From Firmicutes bacterium UBA5301 (GTDB lineage: Bacteria > Bacillota > UBA5301), in contig DHRX01000101.1 of assembly GCA_002408345.1 (NCBI GenBank), positions 1 to 41,094 of the forward strand: DNA of 41,094 bases. Direction: 5' to 3'. Below, in pieces: positions 8,683 to 18,106 of this stretch (within the stretch, counting starts at the first letter, position 1; each line of letters opens with the position of its first letter). A program made the translations under genes and the position numbers. The notes under the pieces were generated by a model, which was given only the letters and a program-made list of their open reading frames with translations, was not told where the DNA came from and ran no database searches.

Positions 8683-9798
8683 TTAACTAACTAATACTTT
8701 CTCTACAGCCTGATGCGGTAAATCAAAGGCCGCAGCCACACCTAGATGGGTAACGCTACCCCGATATAGATTTAACCCCCGAGCCAACGCAGCATCTTCC
8801 CGTAACGCAACTAACCCTTTATTAGCTATTTTAAGAGCATACGGCATCGTAGCATTAGTTAAAGCAAAAGTAGAGGTTCGGGGATACGCACCAGGCATAT
8901 TTGACACCGCATAATGTAAAATTCCGTCCACATAGTAAACCGGATCTTCATGAGTTGATGGCCTTGTAGTTTCGAAACAACCGCCTTGGTCTACGGCAAC
9001 ATCAACCATCACCGCCCGTTCTTTCATAGTACTAAGCATTTCTCTGGTAACCAGCTTAGGGGCTTTTGAGCCAGGAATTAGCACCGCCCCAATTAATAAG
9101 TCACAACGGGAAACAGTTTTTTCGATAGTGTATTGGTTGGACTGTAGAACTTTAACATTTTTCGGCATGGTTTCAAAAAGATACCGTACTCTGGCGGGAG
9201 CAATCTCCAAGACCGTTACCTGGGCACCCAGTCCGGCAGCCATCATAGCTGCTCGAGTTCCAACATGCCCACCACCGAGTACCACTACATTAGCTGGTTC
9301 TACCCCAGCAACACCGCCCATAAGAATACCACGTCCGCCTTGGGTCCTTGCTAAATAATAGGCCCCAATCTGCGGAGCCATAGATCCGGCTACCTCACTC
9401 ATAGGAGCTAGTAAAGGCAAAGTACCATCAGCTAACTGCACCGTTTCATAAGCTATCCCAATAACTTCCCGCTCTAACAAGGCTTTAGTTAACTCTTCGC
9501 TAGCTGCTAAGTGCAAATAAGCAAAAAGTATCTGTCCCGGTCGTAGCAGCTCCAATTCGTAATCCACCGGCTCCTTAACCTTCAAAATTAGCTCAGCCGG
9601 TTTATAGACCTCTTCTGGCGTTGGAACTAAGGTGGCTCCGGCTTTAAGATATTCCTCATCAACAATCCCGCTGCCTAACCCTGCTCCTGCCTGAATTATT
9701 ACCTGATGTCCTGAACGGATAAAGTCGGTAACCCCGGCAGGGGTAATAGCCACCCGATTCTCAAAATTCTTTATTTCAGTAGGAACACCAATTATCAT
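8683..9798 (-). CDS. ald: Alanine dehydrogenase
   Basis: The N-terminus MIIGVPTEIKNFENRVAITPAGV is characteristic of Ald. The NAD fold VVLGGGHVGTRAAMMAAGLGAQVTVLE is present. ATG 9798 has GGAGG 7 nt upstream. Confidence 0.95.
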   Translation of the reverse strand: MIIGVPTEIKNFENRVAITPAGVTDFIRSGHQVIIQAGAGLGSGIVDEEYLKAGATLVPTPEEVYKPAELILKVKEPVDYELELLRPGQILFAYLHLAASEELTKALLEREVIGIAYETVQLADGTLPLLAPMSEVAGSMAPQIGAYYLARTQGGRGILMGGVAGVEPANVVVLGGGHVGTRAAMMAAGLGAQVTVLEIAPARVRYLFETMPKNVKVLQSNQYTIEKTVSRCDLLIGAVLIPGSKAPKLVTREMLSTMKERAVMVDVAVDQGGCFETTRPSTHEDPVYYVDGILHYAVSNMPGAYPRTSTFALTNATMPYALKIANKGLVALREDAALARGLNLYRGSVTHLGVAAAFDLPHQAVEKVLVS

Positions 9799-10011
9799 CA
9801 CTAGACCTCCTCAAAGTCCCCATCCTTCTACCGTATGTAGGAAATTAATGTTACATTCAACTTCTCTAGTCGCTCTCCTGCTAGGACTTTTTCTCTACAG
9901 GATTTACCGGGGGAAAAAGCAAAATATTACGTTACCTGAAAAGGTGTTTTAAGGAAATTTTCAGAATATAGCATAATAATTGCTTGTTATTACAAAAGGA
10001 GGGTTTTAATT

Positions 10012-11709
10012 ATGCGTCTCCGAATCAGCGTCCTCCACTTAAAGATCAACGGCTTAATCATCGCCTTGCTCCTACTTAGCAATATTTTTGCCGCTATAAT
10101 GGCCTACAACTTAACAGTAGGCCTTTTTGAGCAGAGCATTTTAGAAAAAGCCAAGTCCGATCTAGCTCTGGGGGAAGCGTTAATTGATTCCTGGCTCCCT
10201 GGTAATTGGCGTATTACCGCAGGACAGCTCTATAAGGGGGATACCCTTATCAATAATAACTTCGGGATAATCGACCGTGTTGCCGAAATGACCGGCGGAA
10301 CCGCCACTATCTTTCAAGGCGATACCCGAGTCTCCACTAACGTAATTCGTGATGGGAAAAGAGCTGTCGGCACCCAAGTTGCACCTAACGTCGCTGAAGA
10401 AGTCCTTAAAAAAGGTAACATTTATATTGGTACCGCCAATGTGGTTGGTGTTAATTACCAAACCGCCTATAAACCCCTCCGTGATGAAACAGGGCAAGTA
10501 ATCGGTATGTGGTATATCGGCATTTCCAAAGAGTTACTAGATGCCGCTAGCCGCAATTTCGTAACCCAAATGGCCCTGTTTACCCTGATCGGTATTATCT
10601 TATCTTCATTGATTGCTTGGGTTTTAGCTCAACGTATGATTAACCCCCTTTTAGCCCTTAAAGACAGGATGCAGGAAGCTAACTCTGGTGATTTAACGGT
10701 CTCCGTCGATGCCCGGGGCAAGGATGAGATTTTTGCTGTTATCGCCAGTTTTAATACTATGTTAGCCAACATGGCCGGAGTAATCCGAAAAATCATCAAC
10801 TCTGTAGAACAAGTAGCACAGACCGCCCAAGGCCTTTCGGCCAAAGCTAGTCAAGTCACAGCTACCAATCAACAGATTGCTGATAGTATTGGAGCGGTAG
10901 CTGCTGGTTCTGATCAACAGGCCCATGCCATCACCGAAGCCGCTTCCATTACTACCGCCGTAAGTACAGAAATTAAAGCCGTTAATACCCACGTCCAAGA
11001 AGCAACTAAGATTGGTCAGGAAGCTGCGGCAACAGCATCGAGGGGTAATGAAACTAACACCCAAGCCATCGCACAAATGAACCAAATTGGTCAATCGATG
11101 CAGGCCTTCTCTCAATCTGTAAAAGGTCTGGGCACCCGTTCTCAGGAAATTGGTAAAATTGTTGATCTGATTACTGGTATTGCTGAGCAAACTAATCTTT
11201 TAGCGTTAAATGCAGCTATTGAAGCAGCCCGGGCTGGTGAGCAAGGTCGAGGGTTTGCTGTAGTTGCCGAAGAAGTACGTAAACTAGCAGAGCAATCAGG
11301 TGCAGCAGCCCATCAGATCGCCAACCTAATTAGAGAAATCCAAAAAGATACTGATAATACAGTCTCTCAAGCGGTCAAGCAAGCTGAAGAGGTAGACCAA
11401 GGTATCGCTATCGTCAATGATGCCGGAACCGCTTTTGCTAATTTAGCCCAATTTATTAGCGAACTTCAAGATAAACTAGCCTACATTGCCGAGGTTACTG
11501 AAAATACAGTAGAACGTACCAACCAAACTATGGACGCAATGCAGGAAATCTCCGCGGTTGCTCAAGAAAACACAGCTAGTTCTGAGGAGGTCAATTCCGC
11601 TACTGAAGAACAACTAGCTACTGTAGAAGAAATGGCTCAAGCTGCAAAAGACTTAGCCACCATGGCCGCAGAACTAGAAGCAGCAGTCCGTCAGTTTAAA
11701 ACTGACTAA
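10012..11709 (+). CDS. Methyl-accepting chemotaxis protein with periplasmic Cache-like sensor and HAMP
   Basis: Two TM segments flank a ~150-aa extracytoplasmic domain. The invariant signalling hairpin [38 protein letters not shown] is present. AAGGAGGG lies 8 nt before the ATG. Confidence 0.9.
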   Translation: MRLRISVLHLKINGLIIALLLLSNIFAAIMAYNLTVGLFEQSILEKAKSDLALGEALIDSWLPGNWRITAGQLYKGDTLINNNFGIIDRVAEMTGGTATIFQGDTRVSTNVIRDGKRAVGTQVAPNVAEEVLKKGNIYIGTANVVGVNYQTAYKPLRDETGQVIGMWYIGISKELLDAASRNFVTQMALFTLIGIILSSLIAWVLAQRMINPLLALKDRMQEANSGDLTVSVDARGKDEIFAVIASFNTMLANMAGVIRKIINSVEQVAQTAQGLSAKASQVTATNQQIADSIGAVAAGSDQQAHAITEAASITTAVSTEIKAVNTHVQEATKIGQEAAATASRGNETNTQAIAQMNQIGQSMQAFSQSVKGLGTRSQEIGKIVDLITGIAEQTNLLALNAAIEAARAGEQGRGFAVVAEEVRKLAEQSGAAAHQIANLIREIQKDTDNTVSQAVKQAEEVDQGIAIVNDAGTAFANLAQFISELQDKLAYIAEVTENTVERTNQTMDAMQEISAVAQENTASSEEVNSATEEQLATVEEMAQAAKDLATMAAELEAAVRQFKTD

Positions 11710-12182
11710 CGATGGTAAGGTTCATTACGATTAATCTTTAGTGAACGATAGAGCTGTTCCAAAAGGAGAACTCGAAAGAGCTGGTGGGGAAAGGTAAGAC
11801 GGGAAAAGGAGATAATCTCCTGGCATTGGTTTAGTAAACTAACAGCTAACCCAGCCCCACCTCCGACGATAAAACAAATATGGCTCTGGCCCTGTAAACC
11901 ATACTGGGCCAGTTTCAGTGCCAACTCAGGAGAAGAGAGCTCTACTCCATCTGGATCTAAAGCAATTTTGACACTATTAACAGGCCAAGCCGCCCGAATT
12001 CGGGCGGCTTCTATTTCTTTCGCTATTTCTTCCTGACTTGACCCAGGAAGCGGCAGCGGCTCATCTTTTACTTCTATTATTCGTAACTTAGCTAAAGACT
12101 GAATTCTTTTCACATACTCCTGAACCGCTTGAACTAGGTATCTCTCTTTTAATTTCCCCACAGCAACAATAGTAAACTGCAC
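11706..12182 (-). CDS. rlmH: 23S rRNA (pseudouridine1915-N3)-methyltransferase
   Basis: The 158-aa SPOUT-family product has the N-terminus [15 protein letters not shown] and a C-terminal FPHQL.R..L.EQLYR motif. It sits in the conserved position after htrA/walJ. Confidence 0.9.
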   Translation of the reverse strand: MQFTIVAVGKLKERYLVQAVQEYVKRIQSLAKLRIIEVKDEPLPLPGSSQEEIAKEIEAARIRAAWPVNSVKIALDPDGVELSSPELALKLAQYGLQGQSHICFIVGGGAGLAVSLLNQCQEIISFSRLTFPHQLFRVLLLEQLYRSLKINRNEPYHR

Positions 12183-12208
12183 CTTTTCCCACGCCCCACT
12201 ATCCCCAA

Positions 12209-13336
12209 CTATTCTAATCTAGTATCCAATTGTAGTTTACGCTGACCACGATAGATAACTAGCCTAATCCGTTCTCGGTATTTCAGTTGTTGAACAATAG
12301 CCATTAGCTCTTCTCGCCTACTCACTTTTCGACCATTAATCTCTACAATAACATCACCAGGACGTAAACCAGCTTTAGTAGCAGCGGTACCATTCTGAAC
12401 CCCTAAAATAACTACTCCGCCATCACGCTTGGATAAATCAACACCTACAGCCTGTTGGATCCGCTGGGCCACTTCTGGAGAGAGAGTTTCTGCAAAGACC
12501 CCTAACCTTAACACCTTACCATGGTTAACTAGGTTCTGAACTACAGCGGTCGCTAAGTGGATAGGGATAGCAAACCCGATCCCCTGAGCCTGCTGAATAA
12601 TTGCGGTATTAACTCCGATAACCTGTCCGAGGGCGTTAAGTAGAGGGCCACCACTATTACCCGGGTTAATTGAAGCATCAGTTTGAATAAGCCCTTCCAG
12701 CCAAACCCCTTGCTCTAAAGGAAGGCTACGATTTAAAGCGCTAATAACTCCTGTTGTTACCGTATTATCAAAACCAAAAGGGTTACCAATCGCTACTACC
12801 GGCTGTCCCACCTTGAGATTCTGGGAATCACCAATTTGCACTGCCGCTAAATTAGTAGCTTTAATTTTTATTACAGCCAAATCCGTCTGGGGATCAGCCC
12901 CGATTAATTCAGCTGCTACCGGAGATCGACCGGGTAAAGTTACTTCAATTGATGTAGCATTAGCAACTACGTGGTTATTAGTTAAAATATAACCGTTTGG
13001 TTCGATAACTACCCCAGAACCAACCCCTTCATTACGGCTTAAGTAAGGCTGTCGATAGTAATCAAAAAGCATTTGTTCTGTCTTAGTATTAATAAGGGCT
13101 ACCGACGGCCCAACCTGCTCAACGACCTTAGTAACATCAAAGCCAGAAACCCCTGGAACAATAGGCAACTGCCGCTCTAGCCCGATCTGAGCCGTATTAA
13201 ATTGCAAATTCTGCGGTGAACCCTTACCACCTTGAGTACTAAAGCGGAACAAAAAAGCGCCCAATGCTACTAAAATTAAGGAAATTACGATATAAACCCA
13301 TGCCCGAATGTTGGAAAATGAGGAACGTGACGACAA
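12209..13336 (-). CDS. HtrA/DegP-family serine protease with one PDZ domain, membrane-anchored
   Basis: An N-terminal TM segment is present. The catalytic triad contexts are TNNHV, DLAVIK and GNSGGPL. The C-terminal PDZ contains GLRPGDVIVEINGRKV. The start is TTG with GGGGAG upstream. Confidence 0.9.
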   Translation of the reverse strand: MSSRSSFSNIRAWVYIVISLILVALGAFLFRFSTQGGKGSPQNLQFNTAQIGLERQLPIVPGVSGFDVTKVVEQVGPSVALINTKTEQMLFDYYRQPYLSRNEGVGSGVVIEPNGYILTNNHVVANATSIEVTLPGRSPVAAELIGADPQTDLAVIKIKATNLAAVQIGDSQNLKVGQPVVAIGNPFGFDNTVTTGVISALNRSLPLEQGVWLEGLIQTDASINPGNSGGPLLNALGQVIGVNTAIIQQAQGIGFAIPIHLATAVVQNLVNHGKVLRLGVFAETLSPEVAQRIQQAVGVDLSKRDGGVVILGVQNGTAATKAGLRPGDVIVEINGRKVSRREELMAIVQQLKYRERIRLVIYRGQRKLQLDTRLE

Positions 13337-13381
13337 AAGGATCTCCCCTCTGCTCTAAATTTCCCCCACTTCCCCTTAGCC

Positions 13382-14185
13382 CTATCCTGCTTGAAACAAT
13401 GCTGTTCGCCGGTCTCGCCGTGCTAATCCGACCTTTACATCCCGTCCAGGAATAATTCCTGCCTGAGTTAACCGGGAACAAACGGTATCGAGAGCTAACT
13501 CTGGCCGGTTATTTTCCTGACTTAAGTGCCCCAAGGCTACTCCGCCTTGGCAAACTTTGCCGTGCCTTACTAGAAATTCTACTACAGCAGCAGATGCTGC
13601 ATTAGAAAGATGGCCCTGATCACTCATAATCCGTTTCTTTAGAGGCCAAGGATAACGTCCCCCTTGTAACATAGCCAAATCATGGTTCGCCTCTAAAATC
13701 AGATACTCCGCTTCTTTGAGCTCCGTTAACATCTGACTAGTCATTACCCCTGTATCGGTAGCAACCGCCAGCTTCTTTTGGCCATTATCAATTAAAAAGC
13801 CTACCGGTTCCCGACTATCATGGGAGGTCCGAAAAGCCGTCACCTGTAGATCTCCGATTACAAAAGAGTTACTACTGGCAAAGACCTTCTGTTGCTTTTC
13901 TGGAATACGCCCTACATAAGGCTTCATCCCCTCCCAAGTAGGAGTGTTGGCCCAAACATCTAGGCCAAACTTACGTGCTAGTACCCCGACACCAGATACG
14001 TGATCATGATGTTCATGAGTAACCAAAATTGCTTGCAGATCGCGTTCAGGTGTACAGGCTAACTCCTGTAGGTTGGACACTATCCTTTTCCCGGTAATCC
14101 CTGCATCAATTAATATCCCTGTACCACCACTAGATACATATATACAATTCCCAGAACTACCACTTGCTATAGCGGAAATTTCCAA
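13382..14185 (-). CDS. MBL-fold hydrolase, YycJ/WalJ-like
   Basis: The motif THEHHDH is present. The 267-aa product is encoded directly upstream of htrA and rlmH, as in the Firmicute yycJ-yyxA-rlmH arrangement. The start is TTG with AAAGGAG upstream. Confidence 0.8.
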   Translation of the reverse strand: MEISAIASGSSGNCIYVSSGGTGILIDAGITGKRIVSNLQELACTPERDLQAILVTHEHHDHVSGVGVLARKFGLDVWANTPTWEGMKPYVGRIPEKQQKVFASSNSFVIGDLQVTAFRTSHDSREPVGFLIDNGQKKLAVATDTGVMTSQMLTELKEAEYLILEANHDLAMLQGGRYPWPLKKRIMSDQGHLSNAASAAVVEFLVRHGKVCQGGVALGHLSQENNRPELALDTVCSRLTQAGIIPGRDVKVGLARRDRRTALFQAG

Positions 14186-14190
14186 AAATA

Positions 14191-15444
14191 TTACTCCTTT
14201 GCTGCTAATCGGGGTAAAACTTCTGCCTCTGACTGAACTAACTGGGCCCCTGCTTCCACTAGTTCATTCCACAACGCTACCCCTTGACCCCCGGTGAAAT
14301 CCCTATCTTTAATTGCAGTACTATTAATAAGTATCACTTTCTTACCAGCCCTAACCAATACTAAGAGATCCTCTAAATTACCTAAGTTACCTGGACCAAA
14401 AGGTAGGTTAGCTACTATAATAACGTCTGCTTTCGCCATTATCCGCCGGTTCCCCTGGCGAACCCTTGGTGAAAGAGGAGCAAAGGGGATCTCTTCAACC
14501 AACGTTAAGCCCAATCTTACAGCCGCTTCCCAATCAGCATCTTCCCGATTAATTGCACCTAACGTCACCGGAAATCCAGCAGCAACTAACTTCCTTAGTA
14601 GTTGAGTTGCACTGCCTCCGCCTCCAATTACATGCACCTTTGTACTTTTGGAGCTTTTCTGTCCAATTCCAACTCGGCGAGGCTTAAGATCCAATTTTCC
14701 ATCAGAATCCAGTCGCACATCCATCTTAACCCCGAAGACTTCTTCAATAATTTCTGAGGTTAATACCTTTGCAGGTGAACCAAAAGCCCGTATCTTTCCG
14801 GCAGATAAGAGCATTAAATGAGTACAAAACTCAGCTGCTAATTCTAATTCGTGAAGAACAGCGACAACTGTTAGACCAGAATCTCTATGTAAGGCCTGTA
14901 CCTTTTCGAGAATCTCCAGTTTATAGCGAATATCAAGATGGGTAGTAACCTCATCAAGTAACAAAATCTGTGGTTCTTGGATCAAAGCCCTGGCAATAAG
15001 TACTCGCTGCCATTCTCCCCCGCTTAAAGTGGTAATCGGACGATCGGCTAGTTTGTGCAAATCCAATTCAGCTAAAACCTGAGCGACTTTAGCTTCTTGA
15101 TCCCGACGGCTCCGATGTAATCCGGTTTTTGTAGCAGCATACCCCCCCATCGCTACAGCTTCTGCTACACTAAAAGCAAAAACTCGGCTACTATTCTGGG
15201 GAACAACACCAAGTAGCCCCGCCAGTTCTATCGGTGTATATTGACTAATAGGCCGACCATCAACTTGGACCCCTCCTTGAGCAGGGGGTAATAACCCAGC
15301 TAAAGTTTTTAAGAGGCTAGTTTTCCCGCTACCATTAGGGCCAATAATCCCTACAAATTGTCCAGGTTTAATCTCAAATGTTAGTTGGGAAAGGATCGGA
15401 ACCGAAGCATATTCAATAGTAACATCTTGACATTTTATCTGCAT
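14191..15444 (-). CDS. FecE/BtuD-type ABC importer ATPase fused to an extra ~150-aa C-terminal Rossmann-like domain
   Basis: The motifs are Walker A GPNGSGKT, signature LSGGEWQRV and Walker B LLLDE. After about residue 265 comes a second domain (KVHVIGGGGSATQLLRKLVAAGFPV...DVIIVANLPFGPGNLG...KKVILINS) with no ABC motifs. Confidence 0.85.
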   Translation of the reverse strand: MQIKCQDVTIEYASVPILSQLTFEIKPGQFVGIIGPNGSGKTSLLKTLAGLLPPAQGGVQVDGRPISQYTPIELAGLLGVVPQNSSRVFAFSVAEAVAMGGYAATKTGLHRSRRDQEAKVAQVLAELDLHKLADRPITTLSGGEWQRVLIARALIQEPQILLLDEVTTHLDIRYKLEILEKVQALHRDSGLTVVAVLHELELAAEFCTHLMLLSAGKIRAFGSPAKVLTSEIIEEVFGVKMDVRLDSDGKLDLKPRRVGIGQKSSKSTKVHVIGGGGSATQLLRKLVAAGFPVTLGAINREDADWEAAVRLGLTLVEEIPFAPLSPRVRQGNRRIMAKADVIIVANLPFGPGNLGNLEDLLVLVRAGKKVILINSTAIKDRDFTGGQGVALWNELVEAGAQLVQSEAEVLPRLAAKE

Positions 15445-15451
15445 GTTAACC

Positions 15452-16471
15452 TCACTGTTCTTGTTTGGCCTGTACTAATAAGTAGAGAAAAAAAGGTCCC
15501 CCACAAAGAGATGTAATAGCACCAACTGGTAGTTCCAGAGGAGCCGCAACGGTTCGAGCTACTAAATCGGCTAGTACTAACAAAATGGAACCAAATAAAA
15601 GGGAACCTGGTAGAAGATAACGATGATCCGGGCCTAGTATCAGCCGCACCAGATGAGGAACAATCAATCCAACAAAACCGATTAGTCCACTTACAGAAAC
15701 CGCAGCCGCAGCTAATAAACTACCTAGAGCCAAAACCTTCCTTCGAGTACTCTGAACATCGAGGCCTAAACTCTGAGCCTCTTCTGTAGAAAGAAGTAGT
15801 AAATTCAACTCTTTAGATAATTTCCAAAGAGCAAGGAAACCAATTGTTACTAGAGGAAAAGCAAGCCCTACTTCCCGCCACCCTCGGCCAGCTAACCCCC
15901 CCATTAACCAGAAAACAGTTTCAGATAAGTTCTTACTTTTAATAACCATTAACAAAGAAATTACTGCAGAAAGAAACGCGCTTACTGCCATACCGGCTAA
16001 AAGCAAAACTAAACTAGAAAAGCCAGCCCGCCGCTGAGCGATCCAGTAAACTAAATAACTAACCGCAACCGCTCCTGTAAATGAAGAAACGGTAACCGCC
16101 ACAGCCTGGGAACCAAAAATAGCTAGCTGAAAACCTAAAACGATAGTTGCCCCTAAAGCCGCGCCAGCACTAACCCCAACAATATAAGGATCAGCCAGTG
16201 GGTTGCAAAAAAAGGCTTGGAATGCAGTACCAGCTGCAGCAAGAGCGGCTCCAACCAATGCGGCTAAAAGCACCCTTGGTAAGCGCAGATTAAGGAGAAT
16301 AGTACTGCCCGCTCCAAACTGAGTCAAGTCGCTACCTGATAAAGCAGACCAGATAATCTGCACCGTTTGTCTAGGTGGGATGGTTATCGTACCAACGCCT
16401 ACCGCTAAAAGCATACAAACAACTAAGATAGCTAAAAACAGCAACAAAAGCCGTCGCTTTTGCTGAATCAC
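15452..16471 (-). CDS. FecCD/BtuC-family ABC importer permease
   Basis: The 339-aa product is highly hydrophobic, with roughly 9-10 predicted TM segments. The pattern is typical of iron-siderophore/cobalamin permeases (LLLAGMAVSAFLSA, GLIGFVGLIVPH). The start is GTG with GGAGGG upstream. Confidence 0.9.
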   Translation of the reverse strand: MIQQKRRLLLLFLAILVVCMLLAVGVGTITIPPRQTVQIIWSALSGSDLTQFGAGSTILLNLRLPRVLLAALVGAALAAAGTAFQAFFCNPLADPYIVGVSAGAALGATIVLGFQLAIFGSQAVAVTVSSFTGAVAVSYLVYWIAQRRAGFSSLVLLLAGMAVSAFLSAVISLLMVIKSKNLSETVFWLMGGLAGRGWREVGLAFPLVTIGFLALWKLSKELNLLLLSTEEAQSLGLDVQSTRRKVLALGSLLAAAAVSVSGLIGFVGLIVPHLVRLILGPDHRYLLPGSLLFGSILLVLADLVARTVAAPLELPVGAITSLCGGPFFLYLLVQAKQEQ

Positions 16472-16474
16472 TAT

Positions 16475-17305
16475 TTAGCCCTCCTTCCGCACCTGCAGAA
16501 AAAGGTTCTGTATGTTTGCTATCCCCTTAATTAAACGGGGGGTTGGCCGATTATATTGGTCTGGATCTAAAGAAAATATATTATTATTACGAACCGCTTT
16601 AATCTGCCGCCACTTGCTTTTATTAAGAAAATCAGCTGGATCTCCGAAAGTAAGTAAAATAATTTCTGGGTCCCTAGCCAAAATATACTCTTCGCTTAAC
16701 TGCGGCCACTGCCCCCGGGCACCAGCAGCAATATTATCTCCTCCAGCCCGTCTAATAACTTCGTCTAAATAGGTACCATTACCGGCGCTATATAGTTGAT
16801 CAGTTCCAAAAAGCAATAATGTTGTAACAGGCTGAGCTTGCAGTGGGCTGCTAGCTATTGCTTTTCTGTAAGTACGCAAATCTTCAACTAGTTCAATTAC
16901 TAAAGTCTGTGCTATGTCAAGGTTTCCAGTAACTCGACCCAATAATTCTAGCGAGTCTAAAATTCCGGTGATATTTAACGCCTGTATCAAAAAAACCGGG
17001 AAGCCCAAAGATTCTAGACGCTCTGCTGTTGCCGGTTGCAGAGAGGCGTCGCCGATAATCAAATCTGGAAGAAGTGCCGCTACTATTTCAAAGTTAACAT
17101 TCATATCTCCAACCTTTGGTAGAGATAATACTTGTTCGGGGTAGTTGCACCAAGAAGTTGCCCCTATCACTTGCTCCCCAGCACCAATAGCAAAAAGCAT
17201 TTCCGTTGTCCCTGGTGAAAGAGACACAATTCGGTTCGGGGGTTTACTGATTTCTACTATCCGCTTTGCACCATCGACAATTACCACTGGTAAACCTCCC
17301 TGCAT
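16475..17305 (-). CDS. BtuF/FhuD-type (class III) substrate-binding protein, without a recognisable signal peptide
   Basis: The motif RIVSLSPGTTEMLFAIG and its position in an operon with the FecCD permease and ATPase support the call. The ORF begins MQGGLPVVIVDG, and an in-frame stop lies 5 codons upstream of the ATG. Confidence 0.8.
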   Translation of the reverse strand: MQGGLPVVIVDGAKRIVEISKPPNRIVSLSPGTTEMLFAIGAGEQVIGATSWCNYPEQVLSLPKVGDMNVNFEIVAALLPDLIIGDASLQPATAERLESLGFPVFLIQALNITGILDSLELLGRVTGNLDIAQTLVIELVEDLRTYRKAIASSPLQAQPVTTLLLFGTDQLYSAGNGTYLDEVIRRAGGDNIAAGARGQWPQLSEEYILARDPEIILLTFGDPADFLNKSKWRQIKAVRNNNIFSLDPDQYNRPTPRLIKGIANIQNLFLQVRKEG

Positions 17306-17368
17306 AGTCAGGACAAGCTAAACATATGCTACTACAAATACAATGAACGAGTGGAGCGTGGAATAGCT

Positions 17369-18103
17369 ATGCAATCTTATCGGCACTTTTTTATCCTGAA
17401 CTTGTCTTTGGTCTTCTTGTTGGCCATAACGACAGTTTGTACCGCCACAGAAGCATTAACTATCGGATTAGACTGTGGTGGAGCCGATCAGTTTATCCAA
17501 TTAGCTAGGGAAAATTTCTATACCCTGCCTGCCACTACAGTTAACTACAGCACTTATCCATTAATGATTCGCCTACGATCTGGTTTCACCACGGTTCAGC
17601 CCCATATTGAAGCGGTTTTCACCACACCCTTTCAGAGCGAGACCGACCGTCCTCTGCCAAATGCTCACTTAGATTGGGTTTTCGGAACGTGGATTTGGGA
17701 AGGCCGTGAAGATGAAGGGCCCGCTCCGGGAATCCAGTTCAACGCTATAGTTCCTATTCTTTCTTATCCTGGACGATACACAGCTCAAGTCCAAATTAAT
17801 GTCTACGCTGATACAGAATTGGCTACTTCTTTCCCCGTTCTCATTGGGCTAACTGTACCACGTTGGGCTACTTGCTTTCCTTGGCCAGAAATATACCAAA
17901 TTAGAGAGCATAGGGAAATTCAGTTTCACATAGCAGCCAATACTAACTGGTCTCTCTGGTTATCTACCCCTGAATCTGGTACAGCTCAATTAGTTAGTAC
18001 TGGGAGTGCCACCCTTAACCCCCTTACCGGCTATACTACTCGAACCTACCAAATTACCCCACCCTATACAGACCGGAACTTTAAAGTAGTATTAAAACAT
18101 TAG
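17369..18103 (+). CDS. Hypothetical secreted protein
   Basis: The track ORF starts at GTG 17351. ATG 17369 gives MQSYRHFFILNLSLVFLLAITTVCTA, a signal-peptide-like N-terminus. I recognise no family. Confidence 0.6.
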   Translation: MQSYRHFFILNLSLVFLLAITTVCTATEALTIGLDCGGADQFIQLARENFYTLPATTVNYSTYPLMIRLRSGFTTVQPHIEAVFTTPFQSETDRPLPNAHLDWVFGTWIWEGREDEGPAPGIQFNAIVPILSYPGRYTAQVQINVYADTELATSFPVLIGLTVPRWATCFPWPEIYQIREHREIQFHIAANTNWSLWLSTPESGTAQLVSTGSATLNPLTGYTTRTYQITPPYTDRNFKVVLKH

Positions 18104-18106
18104 CGC

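Noticed and set aside
10180-11190. Three minus-strand ORFs (105, 71 and 142 aa) inside the MCP gene.
   Set aside because: The plus-strand frame carries the invariant MCP signalling hairpin and a HAMP domain. The minus-strand ORFs are by-products of the Ala/Gln-rich repetitive coding sequence.
13239-13481. 80-aa and 63-aa ORFs across the walJ/htrA junction.
   Set aside because: They overlap the ends of two conserved genes in other frames. I see no SD and no motif.
17290-17350. A possible cobalamin riboswitch upstream of the BtuF-like importer operon. AGTCAGGACAAGC near 17307 loosely resembles a B12 box.
   Set aside because: The match lies on the plus strand, the wrong strand for a leader of the minus-strand importer operon. 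Only about 8 of 16 B12-box positions match. The divergent intergenic space is about 45-60 nt, far too short for a ~200-nt aptamer. None of the other conserved riboswitch segments is visible.
16475-17350. A frameshift that would restore a lipoprotein signal peptide on the BtuF-like protein. An L-A-C lipobox-like tripeptide occurs in another frame just upstream.
   Set aside because: Translating that frame upstream gives HCICSSICLAC, which has no positively charged n-region or hydrophobic h-region. The third frame stops immediately.
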